The translations under genes and the position numbers were made by a program. A stretch of 64,000 nucleotides of DNA from Patescibacteria group bacterium. GTDB taxonomy: Bacteria > Patescibacteriota > Patescibacteriia > PEXW01. Shown one piece after another: positions 53,845 through 63,730 of the stretch (position 1 is its first letter; each line of letters starts with the position of its first letter). The notes under the pieces were generated by a model that had not been told where the DNA came from, did no database searches, and saw only the letters and a program-made list of their open reading frames with translations. The stretch covers positions 137,206 through 201,205 of the forward strand of contig JBAYJA010000001.1 in assembly GCA_041665345.1 (NCBI GenBank), given 5' to 3'.

Positions 53845-56092
53845 GAGGAAATGAAAATATAAACAATACTAGTAACCCTTTTGAGTAAAAGGATACTATT
53901 AGTATGGGGTTAGTATTTCTGTTAAAATGAGGCTGTTATGCACACCGAAAACCCCGGTTTCCTCAAGGAGAAGTACAGTAATTTCCACACCAGTGAGGAG
54001 GTGGAACGTGCTGCCGTGCGCACGGAAGGGCGAACCGGTGAGAAAGTCCCGCAAGACCCTGCAGCAAAGATCCAGAACTACCTTGGCCGTCTGGAACGAC
54101 TGGCCATGGACTCGGAGAAGACCCAAGGCAAGAAGATGGTGGCGGGGAAATCCCGCCCCCGTGCTCTGTCTCTGCTGCGAGACATGGTCATGGAGAAGTA
54201 CGTCCGCGCCAACAAGGACAAGCTGGCCGAAGGTGCGGCCCGGGTGGAAGAGCGGGCTGCCCGGAACCTAGGCATGGATGTACGGTACAACGAAGAAGCA
54301 CTGGAACAGCGTGGTGAGATCGCCGTGGAAGACCTGGAGAAGTCCCTGGACAACTGGCTGCTGTACCTGTCTGATGCTAACGAGCCCTACCCCACCTGGT
54401 TCCGCTACTACGCCTTCCGGAATGTCCTGGAGATGGGTGACTTTGACAAGGACAAAGGTGAGTTCACGAAGCGTTCCCCTGGCACCACCCGTCTGTTCCC
54501 CGATGTGGACCACGGAGCCTTGGCGCACGTACAGCAGATGATCGAGGCCGCGAAAGACCCAGCTATGCTGGCACGCCTCCAGGACGCCCAGCGTGCTGCC
54601 GCGAATAACAACCTCCCCGCCGGTGAACTCCTCACCAAGGAGAAGGTCGCAGCCTTTGCCAAGCTCTCCTTTGCCAAGCAGTACGCCGAGGGTATCCGTC
54701 AGGCCGGAGAGATTACCCCAGAGATGAAGGAAGAAACCCAAGGCAAGTGGGTCACCTACCAAAAGGGCACTGACCCTACCGCCCTCTGGGCCTCCCTGCA
54801 GAATAAAGGCACGGCCTGGTGCACGAAAGGTTACGCGACGGCAGCAAAGCAGCTTGAAACAGGCGACTTCCACGTGCACTACACCCTAGACAGCCAAGGC
54901 AAGCCCACCATTCCTCGGATTGCCATTCGTATGGATGGTGACCAGATCGGCGAAGTCCGCGGTGTAGCAGACAACCAGCAAAATTTGGAAGGCAACATGA
55001 TCACAATTGCCGAAGAAAAAATGGCTGGACTCCCAGGGGCAGAGGGGTACAAGAAAAAGTCTGCGGACATGAAAGCTCTCACAGAAATTGAGCAGGCAGT
55101 GAAAGCAAACAAACAGCTTACCAGCACCCAGCTCCGCTTTCTCTACGAAGTTGATTCGCCAATTGAGCAATTTGGTTTTAAACGTGACCCCCGCATCAAT
55201 GAGTTGCTCGCTACAAGGAACCCTGAGGAGGATATACATCTTTACGGGTATGACATTGCACATCCAGACACGCAGGCGCTGAAGTTTATTTACGATATCG
55301 GTGATAAGCGCGTCCCTCGATCATTCCTTCCAACAATAGAAATACTTCGCCGAAGTCGTAACATCGAAGCAGACCTGCCTGTGGTGTTCGAGTGCATACC
55401 TGATCAAATCGCCCGAGATGCAGAGCATATTACCGAGGACACCAAAGCATACGTAGGGAAGCTCGTCCCCGGTATCTTCCAGATGCTCCCTGAAGGAATT
55501 GAGCATATTTACACTGCTTTCCCTGAAGGTCGGATTCGCCAAGATCCCGTGAACATTGGCGGCACAACGAAAGCAGACCTCCAACGCCAGCTGGAGGAGC
55601 AAGGTATTGGAAAAACATCCTTCGCCGATTACATGTTAGACAGTCGGGACTTTACCACGGGTACAGAAACCGAAACCGCTAACTTGGTTCGTCTTACTGT
55701 GGAGATGCTGGGCTTCCCGAAAGGCGCAACCACGAAGGAAATTTACGAGCGTGCAGAGGAGTTGGGCTTGGAACTCTGCCCTGCAGAAGTCGGCCCGCAG
55801 TACCGGCTGAAAAATACAAATCAACCGATGAATGAGTCGATTGTTATTGGCATGAAGCAAATTACAAGTTGGAACGGCAACCCGCACGTTTTCAACCTGG
55901 AGCGCGACGAAAACGGTCTGTGGTTGTACGAGAACTATGCGAAGTCTAACAAGGAGTGGAATCCGAAGTCCGAGTTTGCCTTCCGCCTCCGCAAGAAAAA
56001 GAAGGAAGCTGTGGATCAATCCGAGGTGGAAAAGTAACCCATGTCAAAAATCATTGTCGGTCTCTCAGGTGGAGTTGATTCGTCCGTAGCCG
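53843..56092 (+). mobile_element. 2.3-kb insertion flanked by 27-bp direct repeats; carries one large ORF and an mnmA 5' fragment
   Basis: Perfect direct repeats. Internal GC and codon usage are distinct. The right end carries a truncated MnmA N-terminus. No recombinase was identified. Confidence 0.45.
53938..56037 (+). CDS. large hypothetical protein (699 aa), GC-rich relative to neighbours
   Basis: Continuous ORF with no motif I recognise. Confidence 0.55.
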   Translation: MHTENPGFLKEKYSNFHTSEEVERAAVRTEGRTGEKVPQDPAAKIQNYLGRLERLAMDSEKTQGKKMVAGKSRPRALSLLRDMVMEKYVRANKDKLAEGAARVEERAARNLGMDVRYNEEALEQRGEIAVEDLEKSLDNWLLYLSDANEPYPTWFRYYAFRNVLEMGDFDKDKGEFTKRSPGTTRLFPDVDHGALAHVQQMIEAAKDPAMLARLQDAQRAAANNNLPAGELLTKEKVAAFAKLSFAKQYAEGIRQAGEITPEMKEETQGKWVTYQKGTDPTALWASLQNKGTAWCTKGYATAAKQLETGDFHVHYTLDSQGKPTIPRIAIRMDGDQIGEVRGVADNQQNLEGNMITIAEEKMAGLPGAEGYKKKSADMKALTEIEQAVKANKQLTSTQLRFLYEVDSPIEQFGFKRDPRINELLATRNPEEDIHLYGYDIAHPDTQALKFIYDIGDKRVPRSFLPTIEILRRSRNIEADLPVVFECIPDQIARDAEHITEDTKAYVGKLVPGIFQMLPEGIEHIYTAFPEGRIRQDPVNIGGTTKADLQRQLEEQGIGKTSFADYMLDSRDFTTGTETETANLVRLTVEMLGFPKGATTKEIYERAEELGLELCPAEVGPQYRLKNTNQPMNESIVIGMKQITSWNGNPHVFNLERDENGLWLYENYAKSNKEWNPKSEFAFRLRKKKKEAVDQSEVEK

Positions 56093-56121
56093 CGCTGCTC
56101 CTGAAGCGTTGGAAAGGGTAG
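56041..56121 (+). pseudogene. mnmA: truncated 5' fragment of tRNA 2-thiouridylase gene mnmA (26 codons), fused to the direct repeat
   Basis: MSKIIVGLSGGVDSSVAALLL is the MnmA PP-loop N-terminus. The reading frame ends in the repeat (KRWKG stop). Confidence 0.5.
56093..56119 (+). repeat. 27-bp direct repeat, copy 2
   Basis: See copy 1. Confidence 0.75.
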
Positions 56122-56246
56122 GGCATAGTGGTACACTGAGGGCTGTGGAGACCAACACCGACAACCAACGCCACCCACAGCACGCCCAGATTCACCAAGA
56201 ACTGCGGGGTGCCAGCGCGCAAGGAGGACCCGATAGTTCCGTGCTC

Positions 56247-56960
56247 ATGCCCCCGCACGTGCACTGGTTCAAGCCGCTCATGCTTGGGTTGGCACTTTTT
56301 ATCATTGTCTTCTTAGGTACAGTCATTGCCGTGGATGCCTACCGGGCGCGCCAGCAGAATGCAGATCCTTTTGCGGCTGCCACAAGCGGAACGGATGGGC
56401 AATCGACCGTGAGCAACATTCAGACTACCAATCGTTCAGCAATTCCAAAACTGGAAACCGCAGACGATCCGTTCCTGGGTCCGGAGAATGCGTCAGTCAT
56501 TGTGGTGCTCTTTGCGGATTTCCAATGTCCATTTTGCAAAGAGTTTTACTCCACTTACCGGGAAGTTGCCGTGCAGTACCAAAACCGTGTGAAGTTCATT
56601 TTCCGGGACATGCCGCTTACGGATATTCACGACCGTGCGCAAGCAACGGCTGAAGCTGCAGGGTGTGCATTTGCGCAGAGTAATGAAAAATTTTGGGCAT
56701 ACCACGACCGGCTCTACCAAAATCAGGACGATTTGTCCGATGCCGCACTGCTCCGTGCGGCCACGCAAGTGGGTCTGGATGAAAAGCAATTTTCTGCCTG
56801 CGTTGCTTCGCATGAACGGAAAACTGAAGTGGACGAAGACTACCTGGATGGTGCGTCTGCCGGAGTTCGCGGCACGCCCACCCTGTTCTTCAACGGTCGG
56901 CGGGTGCAAGGGGTTATCCCAAAAGACAAGTTCACCAAGGCGCTGGATTTACTCTTATAA
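56247..56960 (+). CDS. membrane-anchored DsbA-family thiol:disulfide oxidoreductase (paralogue 1)
   Basis: TM anchor, then thioredoxin fold with CPFC active site. The start is uncertain (ORF-track start 56109 overlaps the repeat). Confidence 0.65.
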   Translation: MPPHVHWFKPLMLGLALFIIVFLGTVIAVDAYRARQQNADPFAAATSGTDGQSTVSNIQTTNRSAIPKLETADDPFLGPENASVIVVLFADFQCPFCKEFYSTYREVAVQYQNRVKFIFRDMPLTDIHDRAQATAEAAGCAFAQSNEKFWAYHDRLYQNQDDLSDAALLRAATQVGLDEKQFSACVASHERKTEVDEDYLDGASAGVRGTPTLFFNGRRVQGVIPKDKFTKALDLLL

Positions 56961-56981
56961 TTGTAATGCTATACTGCACGC

Positions 56982-57428
56982 ATGCTTTTCATCGGCGCTG
57001 ATCACGCAGGTTTCGCCCTCAAAACCCACCTGAAAAAATTTCTCACCCGTCTGGAATACCAGGTGGAGGATGTTGGCGCGCATGCGTTAACGCCAGGAGA
57101 TGATTACCCAAATTTTGCCACTGAGCTGGCCAAGCGCGTGCGCCGTACCACCGGCAGCATGGGCATTCTCATCTGCGGCAGCGGGGTGGGTATGAGCATT
57201 GTGGCGAATAAGTTCGCTGGCATCCGCGCGGTGAATGTGTGGACAGAACGGGTGGCGAAAATGGCGCGGGAAGAAGAAGATGCAAATGTGCTTGTCTTGC
57301 CCGCAAAGTTAGTGCCTCGCGCAACAGCAGAAGCAATTTGTCGGGTTTGGCTGCGCACGTCGTTCCGGCGGATTCCACGCTACCGTCGTCGCCTTAGTGA
57401 ACTCGCCCGGATTGAGAATACAAATTAA
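56982..57428 (+). CDS. rpiB: ribose-5-phosphate isomerase B
   Basis: MLFIGADHAGFALK...ILICGSGVGMSIVANK match the RpiB/LacAB family. Confidence 0.9.
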   Translation: MLFIGADHAGFALKTHLKKFLTRLEYQVEDVGAHALTPGDDYPNFATELAKRVRRTTGSMGILICGSGVGMSIVANKFAGIRAVNVWTERVAKMAREEEDANVLVLPAKLVPRATAEAICRVWLRTSFRRIPRYRRRLSELARIENTN

Positions 57429-57433
57429 ACTGT

Positions 57434-58060
57434 ATGCAAATTACACCAGCGATTTTGGAAACAGAAGCAGAAGAGTTGAAGCAGAAAGTTGCAATGGTGG
57501 AACACGCGGTGGACTTGATTCAGATTGATGTTGGTGATGGTACGTTCGTGCCAACAGTGACGGTTTTGCCGCGCGCATTGGGGGAGTTTCGACCGCTCAC
57601 AGCTTTGGAAGTGCATTTGATGGTCCAACGACCAGACCGGTTTGCTGCAGACTGGGTGAACCTGGGTGCGACGAAATTCATTTTCCATGTGGAAGCGGAT
57701 GGTGACTTGGAACGTTTCATTGCGCAGTGTCGGGAATTGGACTGCGACGTGGCCATTGCCTTGAATCCTGGGACGCCATTGGAGAAATTGGAACCATTCC
57801 TTGACCTGGTGGATGAAGTGTTTTTTTTGGGTGGGAAGCCTGGTGCCCAGGGGAATCCGTTCCAACCCGACGTGTTGGATGCCATCAAAGAATTTCACGC
57901 CTCGTTCCCCAGTATGCCCATTGCCTTGGATATCGGGGTGAATGAGGAAAATATACCAATGATTGCGGCAGCCGGGGTAACGCGAGTGTGCGTGGGTTCC
58001 ACCCTCTGGAAGAGCGCAGACCCCGTGGCAGAATTGCAGAAGCTCAGCGCTATTCAGTAA
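57434..58060 (+). CDS. rpe: ribulose-phosphate 3-epimerase-like TIM-barrel protein
   Basis: IQIDVGDGTFVP, HLMVQRP, final GG...G phosphate-binding loop. Confidence 0.7.
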   Translation: MQITPAILETEAEELKQKVAMVEHAVDLIQIDVGDGTFVPTVTVLPRALGEFRPLTALEVHLMVQRPDRFAADWVNLGATKFIFHVEADGDLERFIAQCRELDCDVAIALNPGTPLEKLEPFLDLVDEVFFLGGKPGAQGNPFQPDVLDAIKEFHASFPSMPIALDIGVNEENIPMIAAAGVTRVCVGSTLWKSADPVAELQKLSAIQ

Positions 58061-58063
58061 TCT

Positions 58064-58909
58064 ATGCTCGCAACCTACCGTAACTATATCCAACGTGCAT
58101 TCCGCCGACACTGGGCTGTGGGTGCGTTCAACATTTCTAACTTGGAGCAAGCCCAAGGGGTCATTTGGGCTGCCGAGAAGCTCAAAGCTCCGGTGCTGGT
58201 GAACGCCAGCGAGAAAGCGCTGGACTATGCTGGTTTGCAGCCGCTGACGGATATGGTTCGTGCGCTGGCAAAGTTGGCAAAAGTGCCGGTGACCCTCAAC
58301 CTTGACCATGGCCGAACCTACGGTGTGGCCGTGCGCTGCGCCAAAGCTGGGTTTACCAGTTTGATGCTGGACGGCTCACGTTTTGGGTATAAGCAGAATG
58401 TGGCCATTACGCGGAAAGCAGTTGCGCTGGGTAAGAAGTACGGTATTCCCGTGGAAGGGGAACTGGGCGCATTGGGCGGCAAGGAAGATTACATTTCTGG
58501 ACACGTGCAAATGACCGACCCCCAGCAGGCCGTAGACTTTGTGAAGCAAACTGGGGTGGACATATTGGCCGTGGCTATTGGCAATGCGCACGGCATTCAA
58601 CCCGGCGAGCGCTTGGACTTTCCGCGTCTGCACGCCATTCATAAAGCCTTGCCCAAAATGCCCTTGGTGCTGCACGGAGCTTCTGGTACGCCGCCAGCAG
58701 ACATTCGTCACGCCATTCGCCTGGGGGTGGTGAAAATCAACATTGACACTGACCTACGCCATGCCTTTAGTGATGCGCTGCGGAAAACTTTGGCGCATGA
58801 CAAAAAAGTCTGGGATCCACGGGAGGTTGTGGCTCCAGCCCGGGAAGCCGTACAGAAAATTGTGGAGCAGAAAATCACCCTGTTTGGGAGTAAGGGGAAG
58901 GGGAGGTAG
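58064..58909 (+). CDS. fba: class II fructose/tagatose-bisphosphate aldolase
   Basis: AVGAFNISNLEQ...LNLDHG...HGASGTP motifs of class II aldolase. Confidence 0.85.
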   Translation: MLATYRNYIQRAFRRHWAVGAFNISNLEQAQGVIWAAEKLKAPVLVNASEKALDYAGLQPLTDMVRALAKLAKVPVTLNLDHGRTYGVAVRCAKAGFTSLMLDGSRFGYKQNVAITRKAVALGKKYGIPVEGELGALGGKEDYISGHVQMTDPQQAVDFVKQTGVDILAVAIGNAHGIQPGERLDFPRLHAIHKALPKMPLVLHGASGTPPADIRHAIRLGVVKINIDTDLRHAFSDALRKTLAHDKKVWDPREVVAPAREAVQKIVEQKITLFGSKGKGR

Positions 58910-59077
58910 GTGTAAAGGTGTAGAGGTATAAAGCGGTAGAGATCCTGGAAGCCTGTAACAATCTGTCATTGCGAGGAACGAATCCGCGAGTGACGTGGCA
59001 ATCCCGTTGTAACAAGGAACCAAGATGACTATCTGCGCTCTTTTTGCATTCCTGGTCATTTGATCCACGTCACCCCA

Positions 59078-59204
59078 TCAGGGTTACCTCCCCCCACCCC
59101 CTCCTTGGAAAGGAGGGGAGGAGTTTGAGGTTCATTACAGACCAAAGTCTGTTTGTATCTGTCCTCCCCTTTCCAAGGGGAGGTAAGGAGGGGTAACCCT
59201 TACC
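59078..59204. repeat. intergenic repeat B, inverted pair (copies 3a/3b) forming a roughly 125-nt imperfect palindrome
   Basis: gggttacctccccccaccccctccttggaaaggagggga...tcccctttccaaggggaggtaaggaggggtaaccc. Confidence 0.7.
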
Positions 59205-59261
59205 GGCTAAATGTTTGTACAATATGAACCTGGCTTTTTTCAAATCAAAGCTACTTCCTCA

Positions 59262-59331
59262 ATTTTCCCCCTCCCATTCCTATATTCGTAGCATTTTTTC
59301 GTAATTCGTAACCGTATTCGTAGAATTATAA
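59262..59331 (-). repeat. TACGAAT iteron-like repeat element E, copy 2 (minus strand), immediately 3' of the 59380 gene
   Basis: Reverse complement tctacgaatacggttacgaattacgaaaaaatgctacgaatataggaatgggaggggg aligns with 911-990. Confidence 0.7.
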
Positions 59332-59379
59332 AAAGGCACCCAGGTGAGTGGATGCCTTACGAATGATCGAATCTACTAC

Positions 59380-59919
59380 TTAGCCAAAGGTGACTTCGAC
59401 GTAATGATGTCTGTTTTTTCCCTTACCCCCATACTCCTCTACGAACCATTTGCAAGTTTTCTTATCCCAGCAAACGTGCACCAGATCCTGCAACATTATT
59501 GGTAACGTCGTCAGGTAGTCGAGGTACCTGTGAAGATGAATCGCAAATAGGTATCTGTTTCCATCCTCAAGCGCTGCCCAATGTACTGTCCCGGAGAGTT
59601 CCTTTGTTGACATACGAGGAATATCCGGAAACTTGACGAACACTGGCCGTCCAGCGGTGGGGAGGACGATATTGCACGTTGCTGGAACGAAGTCATCGTC
59701 CGAAACCTTTTTCAAGGCCCAATGCTGATTACAGCTATCGCAGATGAGAACGTCCCACTCTTCAGATGGGTGCTCCATTTTATCCATTGGTAACATAGCA
59801 ATTTCAATCCTCATGCCGGGATTCTTATCAGAGCACCCTACCACTCTATACTCCGATAATGAATCATGTACAACTAGCACATGTTCACCTGGCAATGGAA
59901 CATTCAATACCCAAACCAT
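59380..59919 (-). CDS. hypothetical protein (Cys-rich)
   Basis: 179-aa ORF with no motif I recognise. Confidence 0.5.
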   Translation of the reverse strand: MVWVLNVPLPGEHVLVVHDSLSEYRVVGCSDKNPGMRIEIAMLPMDKMEHPSEEWDVLICDSCNQHWALKKVSDDDFVPATCNIVLPTAGRPVFVKFPDIPRMSTKELSGTVHWAALEDGNRYLFAIHLHRYLDYLTTLPIMLQDLVHVCWDKKTCKWFVEEYGGKGKNRHHYVEVTFG

Positions 59920-59994
59920 CTTTCCTCCTTAGGATTTTTTTCGTTGTATTTTGAATAGCTGACTGTACCATGTATACTTGGAAACGTCAAGCCT

Positions 59995-60966
59995 ATGCCG
60001 CATTTCGACATCATCACCATTGGTTCAGCCACGCAAGACGTGTACTTGTTTGGCAAAGCCCTGCGCGTCAAACGTGATGCCACATCACCGACGGGTAGTA
60101 CGTTGGCTGTTCCATTTGGGGCGAAAATTGAACTGGATCGGATGCTGGTGGAAGTTGGTGGTGGCGGTACGAATACTGCTGTCACGTTCTCTCGCCTGGG
60201 TCTGCGCACGGCTTGCGTGGTGAAAGTGGGTAATGATGCTGCTGGGGATCATGTGATCCGCATTCTACGAGAGCACAAAGTGTCGTCTCGGTTTGTGATA
60301 CGGGACCATGATGATCCTACTGCTATGTCCACGTTCTTCCTGGCGCCAAATGGTGAGCGGACGGTGTTCGTTTTCCGGGGAGCCAGTGCAGACTTCCACG
60401 AGCGCATGGTGCCCTGGGCAGACCTGGCCGCACGTTGGTACTACGTGAGCTCCGTGGGCGGGGAACTCAATTTTATTCGACGAGCTATTGCCCATGCCAA
60501 GAAAACCCACGCGCACATTGCAGTGAATCCGGGCAAGCGTGAGTTGCAGCAACGGAGTGCAGCAATGCGCGTGCTGCGTGATGCAGACGTGCTGCTGGTG
60601 AACCAAGAAGAAGCACAGCTGTTCTTCCAGAAGAAAGGCCACGCACTCGTCAAAGCGATTTCTGCATGGCGGAAGGGGATTGTGGTGGTGACGAATGCGG
60701 AGAAGGGCTCCTGGGCGGTTACAGAGCGTGGCATGTGGCAGGTGCGCATCAAGCCGGTGAAAGCCGTGGATACCACTGGAGCCGGTGATGCCTTTGGCTC
60801 AGGCTTCGTTGCGGGTTTGGCAAAGCGGCCAGGGGATATTGCGTATGCATTACGTCTGGGTTCCATCAATGGCGCTTCGGTCGTCACGCAGCTGGGTGCC
60901 AAGCATGGTCTGATTACCCATCATATTCCACATGGTCCGTGGATGCGTGTAGTAGAACCAAAGTAA
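59995..60966 (+). CDS. PfkB-family carbohydrate/nucleoside kinase (ribokinase-like)
   Basis: GGGGTN near the N-terminus. DTTGAGDAFGSGFVAGL anion-hole motif. Confidence 0.8.
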   Translation: MPHFDIITIGSATQDVYLFGKALRVKRDATSPTGSTLAVPFGAKIELDRMLVEVGGGGTNTAVTFSRLGLRTACVVKVGNDAAGDHVIRILREHKVSSRFVIRDHDDPTAMSTFFLAPNGERTVFVFRGASADFHERMVPWADLAARWYYVSSVGGELNFIRRAIAHAKKTHAHIAVNPGKRELQQRSAAMRVLRDADVLLVNQEEAQLFFQKKGHALVKAISAWRKGIVVVTNAEKGSWAVTERGMWQVRIKPVKAVDTTGAGDAFGSGFVAGLAKRPGDIAYALRLGSINGASVVTQLGAKHGLITHHIPHGPWMRVVEPK

Positions 60967-60969
60967 GCA

Positions 60970-61362
60970 ATGGAAATCCTCATTATCGACATTCTGAATT
61001 TCCTCCTGAATCTAGTTGGTGCTGCAATCATAGTTTTTGGCGCTGGTGAAGCTCTCGTCAGGCTAGTGACCCAACGTCCAGCACCGTTGCAGCTTCCGCA
61101 ACTTCCGCTGTTGGAAAATCTCCGCATCGCCTTTGGCCAGCGGATAATCTTTGGCTTGGAATTTTTGGTGGCAGCCGATATCCTGCGCACCCTTGAATCA
61201 CGCACCTTGTCTGACTTGGCACAGCTGGGCATTCTGGTGGCTATCCGCACAACCCTGAGCTTCTTCCTGAACCATGAGACGCGTCACGCGCATACCCGGG
61301 TTATGGGTGGTTTGGCTCAGGCAACCCAGCGAAAGCCAAAGAAAAGCGGCCGGAAGCGCTAA
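60970..61362 (+). CDS. small membrane protein (DUF1622-like)
   Basis: Two TM helices. Starts 4 nt after the pfkB stop. Confidence 0.45.
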   Translation: MEILIIDILNFLLNLVGAAIIVFGAGEALVRLVTQRPAPLQLPQLPLLENLRIAFGQRIIFGLEFLVAADILRTLESRTLSDLAQLGILVAIRTTLSFFLNHETRHAHTRVMGGLAQATQRKPKKSGRKR

Positions 61363-61419
61363 CTTGCGTGAATGCTACAGGGTGTAGTAGACTAACTGCA
61401 TCGCATTTACCATACCCTT

Positions 61420-62169
61420 ATGGACACGCCTCAGTTGCCGGAAAATCAGAGCATTTTCAACGCCCCACCCCGCACCATGTTTGCCCTGGGGATCATGGTT
61501 GGCGTTGCACTCATTAGTTTGCTTGGGTTTATCCTCTCTTTCTCCGCGTACCGCAATGCCACGTCTGACGGCACGAAGAAGGTAGCCGGCGCAGCAACGA
61601 ATACGAACACTGCGGTTGCGAATACGAACACCGCTCCAGCCGGGCCAGTGGATGTTGAAGTGAAGAGCGACGACTGGATTCGTGGCAACAAGAATGCCAA
61701 AGTAACCTTGGTTGAGTTTTCTGACTTCGAATGCCCCTTCTGCGGACGTTTCAATCCAACCGTGGACCAGGTGCTGAAGGACTACAAAGATGACGTACGG
61801 GTGGTATTCAAGCACTACCCACTGACAACCATTCACCCCCAAGCGCAGAAAGCCGCGGAAGCAGCAGAATGCGCTGGCGCGCAAGGGAAGTTCTGGGAAA
61901 TGCATGATAAAATGTTCACCAATCAGGCAACGCTTTCTTTGGAGAATATGAAGAAGTGGGCAAAAGAAGTTGGCGTGAAAGAAAGCACGTTCAATACATG
62001 CTTGGACAAAGGTGAAATGGCCAGCAAGGTCAGTGAAGACGTGCAAGTTGCAAACGGTTTGGGTGTTTCTGGTACGCCCACCAGCTTTGTGAACGGCATT
62101 GAAGTGTCTGGCGCGCAGACCTTTGACTACGTGAAGAGCATCATCGACCAGCAACTCGCCGCGACGTAA
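61420..62169 (+). CDS. membrane-anchored DsbA-family oxidoreductase (paralogue 2)
   Basis: TM anchor, NTN linker, FECPFCGRF active site. Confidence 0.7.
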   Translation: MDTPQLPENQSIFNAPPRTMFALGIMVGVALISLLGFILSFSAYRNATSDGTKKVAGAATNTNTAVANTNTAPAGPVDVEVKSDDWIRGNKNAKVTLVEFSDFECPFCGRFNPTVDQVLKDYKDDVRVVFKHYPLTTIHPQAQKAAEAAECAGAQGKFWEMHDKMFTNQATLSLENMKKWAKEVGVKESTFNTCLDKGEMASKVSEDVQVANGLGVSGTPTSFVNGIEVSGAQTFDYVKSIIDQQLAAT

Positions 62170-62186
62170 GATTTCTTCAGCGGAAG

Positions 62187-62993
62187 TTGCACCCTATGCT
62201 TGCTGCACCCCCAAGCGCGGAAATTCTCACGCTTGGTTCGGTGAGCATCCGGTGGTATGGCCTCATCCTCGCTGTCGCCCTACTCAGCGGTGTACTCCTG
62301 GCGCAACGGTTGGGAAAACGGGTGGGGATTGCTCCTGAGAAACTGGTTGACCTTGCCATCATCGCAGCCGTGTTGGGGGTTGTTGGCGCGCGGCTGGCCC
62401 ACGTTGCCCAAACCTGGGGGTACTACCAAACGCACTTGCTAGAAATTCTGCAGCTTTGGAAAGGCGGGCTTGCATTCCATGGGGTTCTGGCAGGTGGACT
62501 CCTTGCGCTCTGGTTGTACAGTCGGCGACAAAGAATACCGTGGCGAACGCTTCTGGATATTTCGTTTCCCGCCTTGGCCTTGGGTCAGGTCATTGGCCGG
62601 TGGGGGAACTGGGTGAACCAGGAGCTCTACGGGCGACCAACATCCGTTCCCTGGGCACTGAACATTGATCCTGCTCACCGTTTGCCCGGGTACGAAGCCT
62701 TCAGTACTTTCCACCCACTGTTCTTGTACGAATCGCTTGCAAACGGCATAATTCTCATTATCCTGTTACTCATGTGGCGGAAGAAGGGTTTGCAGCCCGG
62801 CACAGTTGCCGCGGTGTATCTCATTCTCTCACCCAGTGTCCGGTTTGGCCTGGATTTCCTCCGCTTGCAGCAAACGCAGATCGGCACATTCACGGTTGCA
62901 CAAATCCTTAGCCCCGTCCTCGTTGCTGCGGGTGTAGCGCTTCTCCTTTCGAATCGCTCCCATTCCAAAGATCAACTCTATGTCCAAAAGTAA
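62187..62993 (+). CDS. lgt: prolipoprotein diacylglyceryl transferase
   Basis: Lgt signature GRWGNWVNQELYG. Multi-TM. Confidence 0.9.
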   Translation: MHPMLAAPPSAEILTLGSVSIRWYGLILAVALLSGVLLAQRLGKRVGIAPEKLVDLAIIAAVLGVVGARLAHVAQTWGYYQTHLLEILQLWKGGLAFHGVLAGGLLALWLYSRRQRIPWRTLLDISFPALALGQVIGRWGNWVNQELYGRPTSVPWALNIDPAHRLPGYEAFSTFHPLFLYESLANGIILIILLLMWRKKGLQPGTVAAVYLILSPSVRFGLDFLRLQQTQIGTFTVAQILSPVLVAAGVALLLSNRSHSKDQLYVQK

Positions 62994-63630
62994 TTCCACA
63001 TCACAATTTCGTTGGAAAGTTTGGGGGCCAGTCATCATCATTGTCCTCTTGGTGGGTGGCGGCATTGCTTGGGCAAGTACGCGCTCGGGTCCAGTGTATG
63101 ACAATCCAGATAGTGCCCGGCCATTCCTGGGCAAAGCCGATGCGCAAGTAGTGTTGGTTGAGTTTTCTGATTTTCAATGTCCTGCTTGTGGGTCTGTGCA
63201 ACCTGTGGTGAAGCAAGTGGTGGAGAAGTATGGAGACAAAATTCGTTTTGAGTACAAGCACTACCCGCTAACGAAGATTCACGTGAATGCCTACCGAGCA
63301 GCATTAGCCAGCGAATGTGCAAATGACCAAGGGAAGTTTTGGGAACTGCATGACAAAATGTTCGCCAACCAGAATGCGCTGGGGGTGGGGGATGTGAAAA
63401 CCTACGCGAAAGACCTGGGTCTGGATACAGCAAAGTTTGATGCCTGTTTAGACAGCCGGGCAGAGAAGAAGATTGTGGACGCCGATATTAGCGAAGGGAA
63501 TACCAAGAAAGTTGGCGGGACACCAAGCTTCTTCCTCAATGGACAGTACCTCCAGCTTGCTGCGTTCACAGATTTAGACAAAGCCGTCCAAGCTGCCTTG
63601 GGCGGGGTGCAGCAAGGGCCCGTGAAGTAG
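62980..63630 (+). CDS. membrane-anchored DsbA-family oxidoreductase (paralogue 3)
   Basis: FQCPACGSV active site. Overlaps the lgt 3' end by 14 nt. Confidence 0.7.
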   Translation: MSKSNSTSQFRWKVWGPVIIIVLLVGGGIAWASTRSGPVYDNPDSARPFLGKADAQVVLVEFSDFQCPACGSVQPVVKQVVEKYGDKIRFEYKHYPLTKIHVNAYRAALASECANDQGKFWELHDKMFANQNALGVGDVKTYAKDLGLDTAKFDACLDSRAEKKIVDADISEGNTKKVGGTPSFFLNGQYLQLAAFTDLDKAVQAALGGVQQGPVK

Positions 63631-63730
63631 GAGAAGAGAGCCGTAAAGCCATAGAGCTGTAAGCTGCCTGCCCGCCGAAGCCTCCGGGCGTAGGAGGGTA
63701 GAGGTCTTTACGGTTACTTACGGCTTTTCC
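63631..63730 (+). repeat. octamer array (gccgtaaa gccataga gctgtaa gctg) plus a downstream inverted partial copy, forming a long hairpin
   Basis: agccgtaaagcc ... ggctttacggttacttacggctt are mutually complementary. Confidence 0.6.

Noticed and set aside
53938-56037. 699-aa ORF as the transposase of the insertion.
   Set aside because: I could find no DDE, HUH, Ser- or Tyr-recombinase catalytic motifs. It is reported only as an orphan cargo ORF.
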